Shown piece after piece: positions 33,806 to 42,554 of a stretch of 64,000 nucleotides of DNA. The notes under the pieces are model-generated. The model searched no databases, was not told the DNA's origin, and saw only the letters and a program-made list of their open reading frames with translations. Location: the IMG/VR virus record IMGVR_UViG_3300003097_000006. The stretch is one strand, 5' to 3'. Source of the DNA: a virus (taxonomy: Duplodnaviria; Heunggongvirae; Uroviricota; Caudoviricetes). The position numbers were made by a program, and so were the translations under genes. Position 1 is the stretch's first letter; every line of letters starts with the position of its first letter.

Positions 33806-34975
33806 GATAACACCTCGATAATTAACCATTTGATTTGAAGGAAGCAACGCGCTTCGGTGGATAGACCTCGCCTCATAAGATTTAAGGTCTACCCGAAACA
33901 CACTACAACCAGCCGCCGGAGAGTCCAGGAGCTGGAAGGTACAACTCTAGCCGGTATCAGCTTGACCGGCAACGCTCGACAGCTACGCTCATGACTGCAT
34001 GAGGAAACGGCTTAATCCGTTCGGTCGCTATCAATTTTGTTACACTATCCAGTAACCAGGACAATCACGCGCCTAATGGATACGGGAGGCGAGAACCTTT
34101 GCACTTTACATGATTAATTTCTTTCCCCTTTATACTCCCGACAATCAGCAATTAAACCAGTGTTATTTGATTCAGGGAAACGCCGCACACACAAAAGGCA
34201 GCGTGATAATCAAATCACCGCCGCGCTATTGTTTAACGTGGTATTGTTGTTTCCCGTTGTCGCATTCTTTGCTTAACGCTTTCGGGAGTTAGTCGCAATT
34301 AGTAGACAAACTGCACGCCTAGCTATCGCTTTCACCTTTCGGATTTTTAATCTATAGCGGCTATTCTATTCACCGCCGACCAATTCCGAGATACAGAAAA
34401 CCATGCCAATTCACCCAATCATATAGCCTGACTGCTGCTAGGTTAGAATATTGGATGCCTTGCCTACAGTGCCAGCCTGATACAGAACAGCTACACTTTC
34501 AGAAGCAAAGGGCTACGCGCTCTTAAGTTTAGTCAGTGTCTTATTGCATCGTCGGATTTTGTCTATCATCTTGCCCGACTAGCTCACCACACTACGATAA
34601 AGAATCACCAGTAAAGAGTCTACAGTTTGCCCTACCAACTGACTAGACCAGTCAGATTATAGGGTATAACTTGCAAACGGTGACGCCTCGGTACTTTGAG
34701 GAAACGCCTTGTCACCCTGGCTATCTCGCAACACGTTCGGTAAACAATTCTAAATTACCCGCCGTGTCTATCGCCTTGCCTTATTGCTTATGGCTTAATC
34801 CGCATCCCATTACAGGACGGATTATCACATTGACCAGGGGAAAATATCCATTGGCCTGATTTTTACCTTGCCATTAGGCGCTAGTCGATTCATTCCCTAG
34901 CTTTTCGGACGGCGTTAGTGATTCGCTGCCTAGTATCAGTAAAACTATGGCTATCTGATACGTTCAAATTTTATA

Positions 34976-34999
34976 CAGTAAATCCACATATAATAAGAG
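34976..34999 (+). promoter_or_regulatory. conserved promoter-like box, copy 4 (CAGTAAATCCACATATAATAAGAG), pointing rightward into ORF-free DNA
   Basis: Same box as upstream of three minus-strand genes, but here in the plus orientation. The only downstream ATG (35001) is followed by a stop after 2 codons. Confidence 0.45.
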
Positions 35000-36039
35000 A
35001 CTTACTTTATGGAATGATATTCTTAACTCATGCCGTTTTGCTTTCGGTAGCTTGCTTATATGCTCATACGTCATAACTCGCAAAGCGTTACATCGCTCAT
35101 GCCCTATCGTGTCTTATACAGTTTCGGTTACTTTGCTATTCAGCTTCACCTATCCGATACCAGGTAGCTACTTTACGTTTCCGCTTCACTATCTGATGTA
35201 AGTCACTATACAGTGTCTTTTCCGTAGTGTCTAGCTTTATTTTCACTTTTTTTCATCTGATTTTCTAGATGAAAGTGAATCGCTTAACACGTTGTCAGAT
35301 TAACCAGGATTAAAAACCTTGTCAATCCATCTAGGATAAAAATTTACCCTTTTATCGTTCGGCGTTTTGTATCGCCTCCCGATGAATTGAATATTAGAGA
35401 CTCCTGGTTTTACTTGCAAGCGTTTATTTTAAAAAAGATTAAAATAGTTACTAACTCACTGATTAATAAGGGAATTTATTTTCACTTATTTTCTACCTAT
35501 TTCATAACTCATTGATTTATAACGATTAATTCCAATCCACCAGGTTTTAAAATATGAATAAGTCTTTGACTATCACAATTCAATCTATCTTGTCTATAGG
35601 ATAAGTCTTAATAATCACCGCATGAATACAACAATGTGATAAGTCATTGATTAACATGCGATTTGTTATCCCATACGCATAAAATCTATACACTGAAAAG
35701 AGAAAAGATTAAAAGAATCAATAACATACGAATTAATCCTTATATAACAGTCGCTTATATTAAAACGTGGTATTTTCCAGCCCCTGAAATGGTAGAATCT
35801 ATCAATCAATAGTTAATCAATAGGTTTAACCGATGGAACGTGATGGATAATGAAACATCATTTCAGGACGTATGAAACGAAAGGTTAGCCATTAATGAAC
35901 CGGCGTTTTAGTTTTGTAAAATAACGGGGATGTTATAACGTAACAATATCTTTACTGTACATAATTACATGATGGATAAATCCCCAGGTTATCAGCTCAT
36001 AGCACTGTATGAATAGCCATGCTGTATGGATACCCAGTA

Positions 36040-36100
36040 TTACCAGTGTGATTATATACGTGTGAAACTATATCGTGTGGAATGATACCGTGTGGATATT
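36040..36100. repeat. three direct repeats of CGTGTGRA spaced about 15 bp apart (tacgtgtgaaact / atcgtgtggaatg / accgtgtggatat)
   Basis: Seen directly in the sequence. A candidate protein-binding array. Confidence 0.4.
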
Positions 36101-36184
36101 AATGATTAGCTAACTAACAATGATTCCCGTGTCACTGTATCAGTACACTAGTACAAGGGATTGTAATGTTATAGTGTAACAGAT

Positions 36185-36193
36185 GGGGGGGGG
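36185..36193. repeat. G9 homopolymer tract followed by the perfect 12-bp palindrome ATGTTATAACAT (36202-36213)
   Basis: Seen directly. Candidate slipped-strand or sequencing-error hotspot in non-coding DNA. Confidence 0.5.
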
Positions 36194-36622
36194 TAGTGTG
36201 ATGTTATAACATAAAGGGATTGTACTGGATGGATGTACAGCTAAGAGGCTAAGTGTTTGATATTTATAGGGAATTAGCGTATCAGCGTACTAGTGCAGAG
36301 AGGACGACCCACTTCCCCCTTTTCGTGTGCGTGTTTGACCGTACGCCTCCTATACCACCGCGTGTGAGTTCAATAATGAGGATATCCTGACTTGATATAA
36401 GGGTGTGTGAATGACCCCGCATCAATGTTCCGTGTACTTACATATCTTTATTTTATTTCTTTTCAGTGTAAAGGGTAAGATTTCCAGAAAATTTGAACTA
36501 AAGTTCATGGGCGAAGGGGAAAGGGGTTCAGGGATATTCACTATCCTTGTTTAATCCTCTTCTTATCTAACTCTTTCACTCAATTTCCCTTCTCAAAAGA
36601 GCCCGTCCTCTGTCTAAGGTAT

Positions 36623-36715
36623 GACCTCCCATCAAACGCTGATAAGAATGACATCCCATCAATCAGTGACCAATATGATATCCCATCTATCAGTGTAAAT
36701 ATGAATAGCCATCAA
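36623..36715. repeat. iteron-like array of four direct repeats of TCCCATCWATCAGTG spaced about 26-28 bp apart; candidate replication origin or regulator-binding array
   Basis: The four units read cctCCCATCAAacgctg, caTCCCATCAATCAGTG, taTCCCATCTATCAGTG and tagCCATCAATGtttt. The neighbouring sequence TTTTCAGTGTAAAG recurs at 36461 and 36729. Confidence 0.5.
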
Positions 36716-36856
36716 TGTTTTCAATCTTTTTCAGTGTAAAGTTGTAATGTTTTCTTCTTAACAGTGCTATAAGTCAATGTAGCATCTGTAAGGATATGAA
36801 TTCTATGACAGATGGGTGGAAGGTGGGAGCTACATTAGTTGAAGGAGTGATGTGTA

Positions 36857-37252
36857 ATGGCTGATAACGATAATGAACTGATTGATTCTATTATTGAAGG
36901 TCGCTCCGTCAAGACTGGACAGTTTGTCAAGGGTAATACAGCAGGTAAGGGAAGACCTAAAGGTTCGAGAAACAAAATGACTCAACGAATGTTGAATCGT
37001 GTTGCTGAACGAAGTGAAGACGGTCTGTCAATGGAAGAAATCATGATGGATATCGCCCAAGACCCTAACATGCCCGCTGAGTTAAGATTCAAAGCTGCGG
37101 CTAAAGTTTCTGACCTCGTTTATCCGAAAGCATCCTCTGTTGAAGTTAAGATGGACGAGAAAGAGAGCATGACTAAAGAACAAATTGACGCTCGACTCAA
37201 AGCTTTGCTTGCTGGCAATGTTGTTGAGACGAAGGAAGAAGACGAAGACTAA
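36857..37252 (+). CDS. putative terminase small subunit or DNA-binding packaging protein (131 aa)
   Basis: First gene of the rightward block, upstream of the large terminase. The basic segment GNTAGKGRPKGSRNKMTQRMLNRV resembles small-terminase N-termini, and the C-terminus is acidic. A GAAGGAG ribosome-binding site is present. Confidence 0.45.
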   Translation: MADNDNELIDSIIEGRSVKTGQFVKGNTAGKGRPKGSRNKMTQRMLNRVAERSEDGLSMEEIMMDIAQDPNMPAELRFKAAAKVSDLVYPKASSVEVKMDEKESMTKEQIDARLKALLAGNVVETKEEDED

Positions 37253-37257
37253 GGTAG

Positions 37258-37497
37258 GTGACTATGATTGGACTGCTGTTTGATATTTTGATTCCTCGAT
37301 TTGTCACTGAACCTTTCTGCTTGAGTGGTAATGACAATGAAGGCTATGATGCTGTTTGTGCTTACCGATATCGAGAAGAAGGTGAGCGGTTCGATAAAGT
37401 CGCTGATATAAGTTACTTCAATCTCTTCGGGTTGATGTTGTTCATCAAGGTTAGACAAGATACAGTACGTAATTTTTCACGAGAAGACGTGCTGTAA
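37258..37497 (+). CDS. hypothetical protein (79 aa)
   Basis: Plus-strand ORF. A stem-loop (CTGGTAT-13 nt-ATACCAG, 37524-37551) follows it, ahead of the tRNA array. Confidence 0.45.
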   Translation: MTMIGLLFDILIPRFVTEPFCLSGNDNEGYDAVCAYRYREEGERFDKVADISYFNLFGLMLFIKVRQDTVRNFSREDVL

Positions 37498-37561
37498 ATC
37501 AGGATACCTTAGGACGTCTTTCGCTGGTATAGACGATTAAAGAATACCAGCCGCGAAATTC

Positions 37562-37638
37562 GTTTCCATAGCTTAATTGGATAGAGCAACAGCCTTCTAA
37601 GCTGTCGGTTGAAGGTTCGAATCCTTCTGGGAACGCCA
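37562..37638 (+). tRNA. tRNA-Arg (UCU)
   Basis: Acceptor GTTTCCA/TGGGAAC, D-arm GCTT-AATTGGATA-GAGC, anticodon arm ACAGC-CTTCTAA-GCTGT, T-arm GAAGG-TTCGAAT-CCTTC, then GCCA. Confidence 0.75.
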
Positions 37639-37643
37639 GATAT

Positions 37644-37733
37644 AGAGAAGTGGCCGAGTGGCTTAAGGCACCATCTTGGAAAGGTGGCAACTCTTAATTG
37701 GGTACGTGAGTTCGAATCTCACCTTCTCTGCCA
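37644..37733 (+). tRNA. tRNA-Ser (GGA), type II
   Basis: Acceptor AGAGAAG/CTTCTCT, anticodon arm CCATC-TTGGAAA-GGTGG, long variable arm CAACTCTTAATTGGGTAC, T-arm GTGAG-TTCGAAT-CTCAC, then GCCA. Confidence 0.7.
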
Positions 37734-37737
37734 AATT

Positions 37738-37813
37738 GGACGATAAGCACATGTGGATGTGCGGTGAGCTGTTAACTCAATGGTAGTTGGTTCGAATCCA
37801 ACATCGTCCGCCA
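37738..37813 (+). tRNA. tRNA-Asn (GUU)
   Basis: Acceptor GGACGAT/ATCGTCC, D-arm GCAC-ATGTGGAT-GTGC, anticodon loop CTGTTAA, T-arm GTTGG-TTCGAAT-CCAAC, then GCCA. Confidence 0.75.
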
Positions 37814-37819
37814 AAATTT

Positions 37820-37896
37820 CTCCGACTAGCTCAATTGGCTAGAGTACACCGTTTGGGGCGGTGGGGTTCAAGGTTCGAGTCCTTGGTTGGAGACCA
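37820..37896 (+). tRNA. tRNA-Pro (UGG)
   Basis: Acceptor CTCCGAC/GTTGGAG, D-arm GCTC-AATTGGCTA-GAGT, anticodon arm CACCG-TTTGGGG-CGGTG, T-arm CAAGG-TTCGAGT-CCTTG, then ACCA. Confidence 0.75.
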
Positions 37897-37902
37897 AACA
37901 AT

Positions 37903-37976
37903 AGGGATGTAGTGTAACGGTAGCACATCGGACTTTGAATCCGATAGCCTAGGTTCGAAACCTAGCGTCCCTGCCA
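37903..37976 (+). tRNA. tRNA-Gln (UUG)
   Basis: Acceptor AGGGATG/CGTCCCT, D-arm GTGT-AACGGTA-GCAC, anticodon arm TCGGA-CTTTGAA-TCCGA, T-arm CTAGG-TTCGAAA-CCTAG, then GCCA. Confidence 0.7.
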
Positions 37977-37983
37977 AACAAAT

Positions 37984-38057
37984 GGGTGATTCGTATAGTG
38001 GTATTACGCTGGATTCCAAACCCAGTCACCGGAGTTCGATTCTTCGATTGCCCGCCA
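37984..38057 (+). tRNA. tRNA-Trp (CCA)
   Basis: Acceptor GGGTGAT/ATTGCCC, anticodon arm CTGGA-TTCCAAA-CCCAG, T-arm CGGAG-TTCGATT-CTTCG, then GCCA. Confidence 0.65.
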
Positions 38058-38060
38058 AAT

Positions 38061-38138
38061 TGCGAGTTACAGTTCTGGTTGAACTGGTCAGTCTCATAAA
38101 CTGAATAAAGGTAGGTTCGATTCCTGCACTCGCCTCCA
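38061..38138 (+). tRNA. tRNA-Met or tRNA-Ile2 (CAU)
   Basis: Acceptor TGCGAGT/ACTCGCC with a U1-C72 mismatch, D-arm CAGT-TCTGGTTGA-ACTG, anticodon arm TCAGT-CTCATAA-ACTGA, T-arm GTAGG-TTCGATT-CCTGC, then TCCA. Confidence 0.65.
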
Positions 38139-38159
38139 CATTAAGGACTATCTTTACCA

Positions 38160-38315
38160 ATGAATGAAAAAGTTAAATCCGTAATCTACAAAGATGGGAA
38201 TGTTATAGTTCACATTGGTAAAGATGGTTTTGATTCAACACGATTCTTTGTATTCTCAAAGGAAACTGCTAAAGAAGTGGTCGAAGTGTTGAATGAGTTT
38301 ATTCGCAAACATAGC
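38160..38315 (+). CDS. small ORF (51 aa) embedded in the tRNA array; its 3' end overlaps the last tRNA
   Basis: An AAGGA ribosome-binding site lies 13 nt upstream of ATG 38160. The translation is MNEKVKSVIYKDGNVIVHIGKDGFDSTRFFVFSKETAKEVVEVLNEFIRKHS, and the TGA stop falls inside tRNA 38305..38379. It is below the ORF-track cutoff. Confidence 0.35.
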
Positions 38316-38379
38316 TGAGATGGATTAGCGCTTGCCTGAAGAGCTTGAGAGCTTGGTTCGATTCCAAGTGTTTGCACCA
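38305..38379 (+). tRNA. tRNA-Phe-like (GAA) with a weak anticodon stem (two U-U mismatches); possibly degenerate
   Basis: Acceptor GCAAACA/TGTTTGC, D-arm GCTG-AGATGGAT-TAGC, anticodon region CTTGC-CTGAAGA-GCTTG, T-arm CTTGG-TTCGATT-CCAAG, then ACCA. Confidence 0.5.
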
Positions 38380-38468
38380 AATAACGAACGGTAAAAATTT
38401 TGCGCGTTCGCTTCGCAGATGTTAAAGGGTCGCCACATGGGGCGCGTCTGTATTGGAGGTTTAGTAAA

Positions 38469-39953
38469 ATGGATTTTGATAACATCGATTTCGACAACTT
38501 GCCGGAACATGTTAAGTGGGAGATTATTGACTTACTAGAGGAAAGAGAAAGGGTCATTAAGTATAATCGTATTAACACTTTCATGCCATACAAGTTTCAA
38601 AAAGATTTTTATAAAGCAAGTGCAAAGTATAAGAGGCGCTTTCTGTGCGCGGCTAACCGTGTGGGTAAATCCTACTCCGAAGCTGTAGAAGTGTACTATC
38701 ACTTGTCTGGTCTGTACCCTGAATGGTGGGAAGGGCACAAGTTTAACAAGCCAATTCTTTGTTGGTCTGTCGGTATTACAGGGGATTCGACGCGAAAGGT
38801 TCTTCAAAAAGAATTGTTCGGTACTCCTATGGGTAAAGACACCGATGCCTTAGGCACTGGTGCTATTCCGCGTGACCTGATTGATATTGATAACATTGAG
38901 AAAGACGGTAACATCATCAAGATTGCTAAGATTAAGCATCATGACGCCAATGGTCACTTCGATGGTTGGTCTACTCTCGAATTCCGTTCAACTCAACAGG
39001 GTGAACACGTACTGATGGGTGCGACAGTTGATTATATCTGGCTTGACGAAGAAGACCCATTCAAATCTATGGAAATCTATGCTCAGTGCGTTACTCGTAC
39101 TGCTACGACTGGTGGTTTGATTACCATCACAGCGACACCTGAGAACGGTTTGACGAAACTGGTAGACCTGTTCATGAAAGATATGTCGGGCTATTTATAT
39201 TTTCAGAACGCTACATGGGATGATGCACCGCACTTAGATGAGGAAACTAAAAAAGAATTGCTGGCGTCTATTCCATCTTGGCAACACGAAATGCGAAGCA
39301 GGGGTATACCAATGATGGGTGAAGGTCTTATTTATGACATTCCTGAATCAATGATTGCTATGGAACCAATTGAGATTCCACAACATTGGCGTAGGATTTG
39401 TGCTATTGATATCGGTATTAGTCACGATACTGCTGCTGTTTGGACAGCTTATGACGCTGCAACAGACACAATTTATGTATATGACTGCTACCACGCAGAT
39501 GCGGGAGTTCCTGCAATGCATGCCACTGCAATTAATGCGAGAGGCAACTGGATTCCTGTTATTCTTCCGCACGATGCTGACAACACCGAACGTGGCTCAG
39601 GTCGTAGCGTAGCATCTTACTATGCAGAAGCGGGCGTCAATGTTATGCCTGAAACGTTTTACAATCCTCTGGATTGGACTGGTAAGAAGAATAACTTTGT
39701 TGAACCAGGCATTATGGAGATTCTTCAAAGGATGAAGACTGGTCGATTCAAAGTATTCAGTACTTGCGGTCGGTTCTTCGAAGAATTACGTCGTTATCAC
39801 CGTAAGGACGGTAAAATCGTTAAAGACTTCGATGATACGATGGATGCTACCCGATATTCAGCACTCTCTGTTGTTGCACGAGGATTAAGTGCGGGTGAAG
39901 CAAGCGCTGGCTACAACGCTGCGTACAATGACGGCTGGAATTATAACTATTAA
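38469..39953 (+). CDS. terL: terminase large subunit
   Basis: Walker A-like CAANRVGKS, Walker B YIWLDEED, and a C-terminal nuclease-like region. A GGAGGT ribosome-binding site lies 9 nt upstream of ATG 38469. The track start at 38400 has no ribosome-binding site. Confidence 0.8.
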   Translation: MDFDNIDFDNLPEHVKWEIIDLLEERERVIKYNRINTFMPYKFQKDFYKASAKYKRRFLCAANRVGKSYSEAVEVYYHLSGLYPEWWEGHKFNKPILCWSVGITGDSTRKVLQKELFGTPMGKDTDALGTGAIPRDLIDIDNIEKDGNIIKIAKIKHHDANGHFDGWSTLEFRSTQQGEHVLMGATVDYIWLDEEDPFKSMEIYAQCVTRTATTGGLITITATPENGLTKLVDLFMKDMSGYLYFQNATWDDAPHLDEETKKELLASIPSWQHEMRSRGIPMMGEGLIYDIPESMIAMEPIEIPQHWRRICAIDIGISHDTAAVWTAYDAATDTIYVYDCYHADAGVPAMHATAINARGNWIPVILPHDADNTERGSGRSVASYYAEAGVNVMPETFYNPLDWTGKKNNFVEPGIMEILQRMKTGRFKVFSTCGRFFEELRRYHRKDGKIVKDFDDTMDATRYSALSVVARGLSAGEASAGYNAAYNDGWNYNY

Positions 39954-39972
39954 TTTTTGAGGAGTGTTAAGA

Positions 39973-42324
39973 ATGTCAGATTGCAAGATTACTGGCAACG
40001 TTATGCTTGACGACGAGACCCTGAGTACTCTCCAATATCAGGTTGGTACTTATTATAACCACGCAATTGGTTATCATGAGGGCGAGTTAGGTGTACGTGC
40101 TCGAATGGGTTGGGAATACTACTACGGAAACCTCCCAGAACCCGTCACACGCGGTTCTTCACGTTGGGTTGACCGAAGTGTATGGGAAAGTGTCAACGGC
40201 ACGTTACAGGAGCTTGTGAGCGTTTTCACGAGTGGTGAGGATGCAGTTAAGTTCTCCCCAATGCACTCGAAAGATGCTGATGCTGCTATGGCTGCCACTA
40301 AGATGGTAAATAAAATTCTTCTGCGTGATAATCCAGGTTTCAACGTACTGCATGACGCCTTTAAGGAATGTCTTGTTGCACGTAACTCCTTTATCAAACG
40401 CTATTGGAAAACAGAAAAGAAAACTTTCACTGAAGAGTTTGAAGGTTTGACTAAAGATGAATTGGACTTGTATCTGTCTCAAGTTGAAGGTGACATCATT
40501 GAATTCACTGCTGAACTGGAAGATTTGTCCGAGAAAGAAGAACACGTAATCGAAACTCATGCTGACGAACAAGAAGATGATGAGCAAGATTTCAATAAGA
40601 TTCAGGATGAAGAGCCTGCTAAACCACCAATGCCTAAAGAGTCCGATGGATTTGAACAAGGTATTGAGAATGAGTTTGCTCAGGAAGATAAACCTACCGA
40701 AGACGTAAAAGAAGAAAAAGCTCCGAAAGGTGTGATGGCTACTGACGAACCTAAAGATGGTGAGAATGATAAAGAAGAACGATTCTCTGGTCAAGTCACA
40801 TATGAAATCACAACTGAAGGTGTTTGTGTTGAGTACGTACCATTTGAGGAAGTAATCGTTGAGCCAACCGCACGGTCACTCAAAGATGCTAACTATATTG
40901 GTCACCGAGTTCGTAAGAGTAAAGATGAATTGTTACTAATGGGTTTTGATGCTGAAGCAATTGAGAACCTAAACCCTGCGTCTTCAGACATCGAAGCTGG
41001 TGTTATTGCTAACTCCCGCGTAAACAACTTGAACCCTTTGAACGTGAGTGATGTTCTTTCTGTTGGTGATGAGAAAGCAGACAAGCTGTGGTTACATGAG
41101 AACTACATCAAGACGTCTCTTGTTGCTGATAGAATGGAAATCCTTCAAGTCTTCACGTTGAATGGTCAGATTTTAGAAGTCAACCGTGTAAACGAGTTTC
41201 CTTTTGAAACGATGACTCCATTCCCAATCCCAGGTTCTATTTGGGGTGAATCTGTTTTCGATATTACGAAAGATGTTCAGGATTTGACTACTACTTTAGT
41301 ACGTGGTGTCATTGATAATATCATGAACGCTAACTTCCGTCGTTACGAAGCAGTTAAAGGTCAGTATGACCGTGAATCACTTCTGAATAACAGACCAGGT
41401 GCTGTGATTGAAGTTCTTTCTCAAGGTGCGGTTACACCTTTCCAACATCACCAGCTTCCTGCTGGCGTCGACTCCTTGCTTGAGTACATCAATGGCAAGA
41501 AAGAAGAACGTACTGGTGTTTCAAAGGTTGGCCAAGGTCTTGACCCTAACGTGTTTAAAAATGACAACTCAACCGCCACTGTAAATATGGTAATGTCCGC
41601 TGCACAAAACCGTCTGCGTATGGTTGCACGTAACATTGCTCAGCGTGGTATGATGAGTCTGATGCTGTCAATCTATAACTTGGTACGTGAGAATGGCAAA
41701 GCTCCTATCTTTGTCGAAACTGCTAACGGTACGGTCACACTTGACCCACGTAAGCTGCCTCATCGTTCTGAAATGATTGTTGCTGTTGCCGTTGGTGATG
41801 GTGAGCGTAAAGAAAGAGCTGCTGCTCTCCAAGGTTTGATGATGAGTATGACTCAGGTTCCGCAGTTACAACAGTTCCTGCAACCTCAGAACGCTTATCA
41901 CCTTGCTGCTCAACTGTTTGAATCTATGGGTGTGTACGATGTTGAGAACTACTTAACTCCACTCGACCAGATTCCACCACCACAACCAGACCCAATCCAA
42001 GAGCTTACTATCCAGCAATTGCAGGAACAGATTAAGCAGATTGGTGTACAGACTCAGAAACTTATTTCCGATGTTAATAACGAAGACAGAAAATCCGAGT
42101 TCGAGCAACAAAGAGCTGCTGATGAGATGTCGCTTAAGATGGGCGAGTCGAAGAGCAATGCTGATATGAATGCTGAGAAGATGGCACTCGAACGAGCAAA
42201 ACTGGATTTAGAACGTGACCGTGTTAATCTCGAAAGAGAGAAGATTGAGCTTAAACGTCAAGAGATGTTAATGGAAGCTCAAATCGAAGCACGTCAGGTA
42301 CGTCCAGTATCTATCGGGAGATAA
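39973..42324 (+). CDS. portal protein (about 783 aa)
   Basis: Immediately downstream of terL and of the size expected for a portal. A GAGGAG ribosome-binding site lies 8 nt upstream of ATG 39973 (the track start 39964 is GTG). The C-terminus is a coiled coil. Confidence 0.6.
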   Translation: MSDCKITGNVMLDDETLSTLQYQVGTYYNHAIGYHEGELGVRARMGWEYYYGNLPEPVTRGSSRWVDRSVWESVNGTLQELVSVFTSGEDAVKFSPMHSKDADAAMAATKMVNKILLRDNPGFNVLHDAFKECLVARNSFIKRYWKTEKKTFTEEFEGLTKDELDLYLSQVEGDIIEFTAELEDLSEKEEHVIETHADEQEDDEQDFNKIQDEEPAKPPMPKESDGFEQGIENEFAQEDKPTEDVKEEKAPKGVMATDEPKDGENDKEERFSGQVTYEITTEGVCVEYVPFEEVIVEPTARSLKDANYIGHRVRKSKDELLLMGFDAEAIENLNPASSDIEAGVIANSRVNNLNPLNVSDVLSVGDEKADKLWLHENYIKTSLVADRMEILQVFTLNGQILEVNRVNEFPFETMTPFPIPGSIWGESVFDITKDVQDLTTTLVRGVIDNIMNANFRRYEAVKGQYDRESLLNNRPGAVIEVLSQGAVTPFQHHQLPAGVDSLLEYINGKKEERTGVSKVGQGLDPNVFKNDNSTATVNMVMSAAQNRLRMVARNIAQRGMMSLMLSIYNLVRENGKAPIFVETANGTVTLDPRKLPHRSEMIVAVAVGDGERKERAAALQGLMMSMTQVPQLQQFLQPQNAYHLAAQLFESMGVYDVENYLTPLDQIPPPQPDPIQELTIQQLQEQIKQIGVQTQKLISDVNNEDRKSEFEQQRAADEMSLKMGESKSNADMNAEKMALERAKLDLERDRVNLEREKIELKRQEMLMEAQIEARQVRPVSIGR

Positions 42325-42326
42325 TT

Positions 42327-42554
42327 TTGGATAGTTCTCTGATTTACAAACTTAAAAACTTGATGGAGGGGGACGACCTCTCCATCCTTTTACAAAGTAT
42401 TAAACATGATATTGCCCTGAGTATAGTTCACACTGCCTTCGACGAAAAGGTCAAGAGGGAAGAGCTATACATGCTAACTAAAGCTATAGATGGTTTACAG
42501 GTTAAGCTTCAGGAGTATGTTAACGAATATGACAAGATTCAGGAGAGTGAATAA
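42327..42554 (+). CDS. hypothetical protein (75 aa)
   Basis: Plus-strand ORF between the portal and scaffold genes. Confidence 0.5.
   Translation: MDSSLIYKLKNLMEGDDLSILLQSIKHDIALSIVHTAFDEKVKREELYMLTKAIDGLQVKLQEYVNEYDKIQESE

Larger units (their letters stand above)
33902..36856. other. ORF-free divergent control region of about 2.95 kb (AT-rich, dense in direct and inverted repeats)
   Basis: No ORF of 60 aa or more on either strand. The region is flanked by the first genes of the two divergent blocks. It contains a promoter-like box, iteron-like repeats, CGTGTGRA repeats, palindromes and a G9 tract. Confidence 0.7.

Noticed and set aside
40204-40794. 196-aa minus-strand ORF inside the portal gene
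   Set aside because: Antisense to the portal gene, Phe/Leu/Ile-rich low-complexity translation, no ribosome-binding site.
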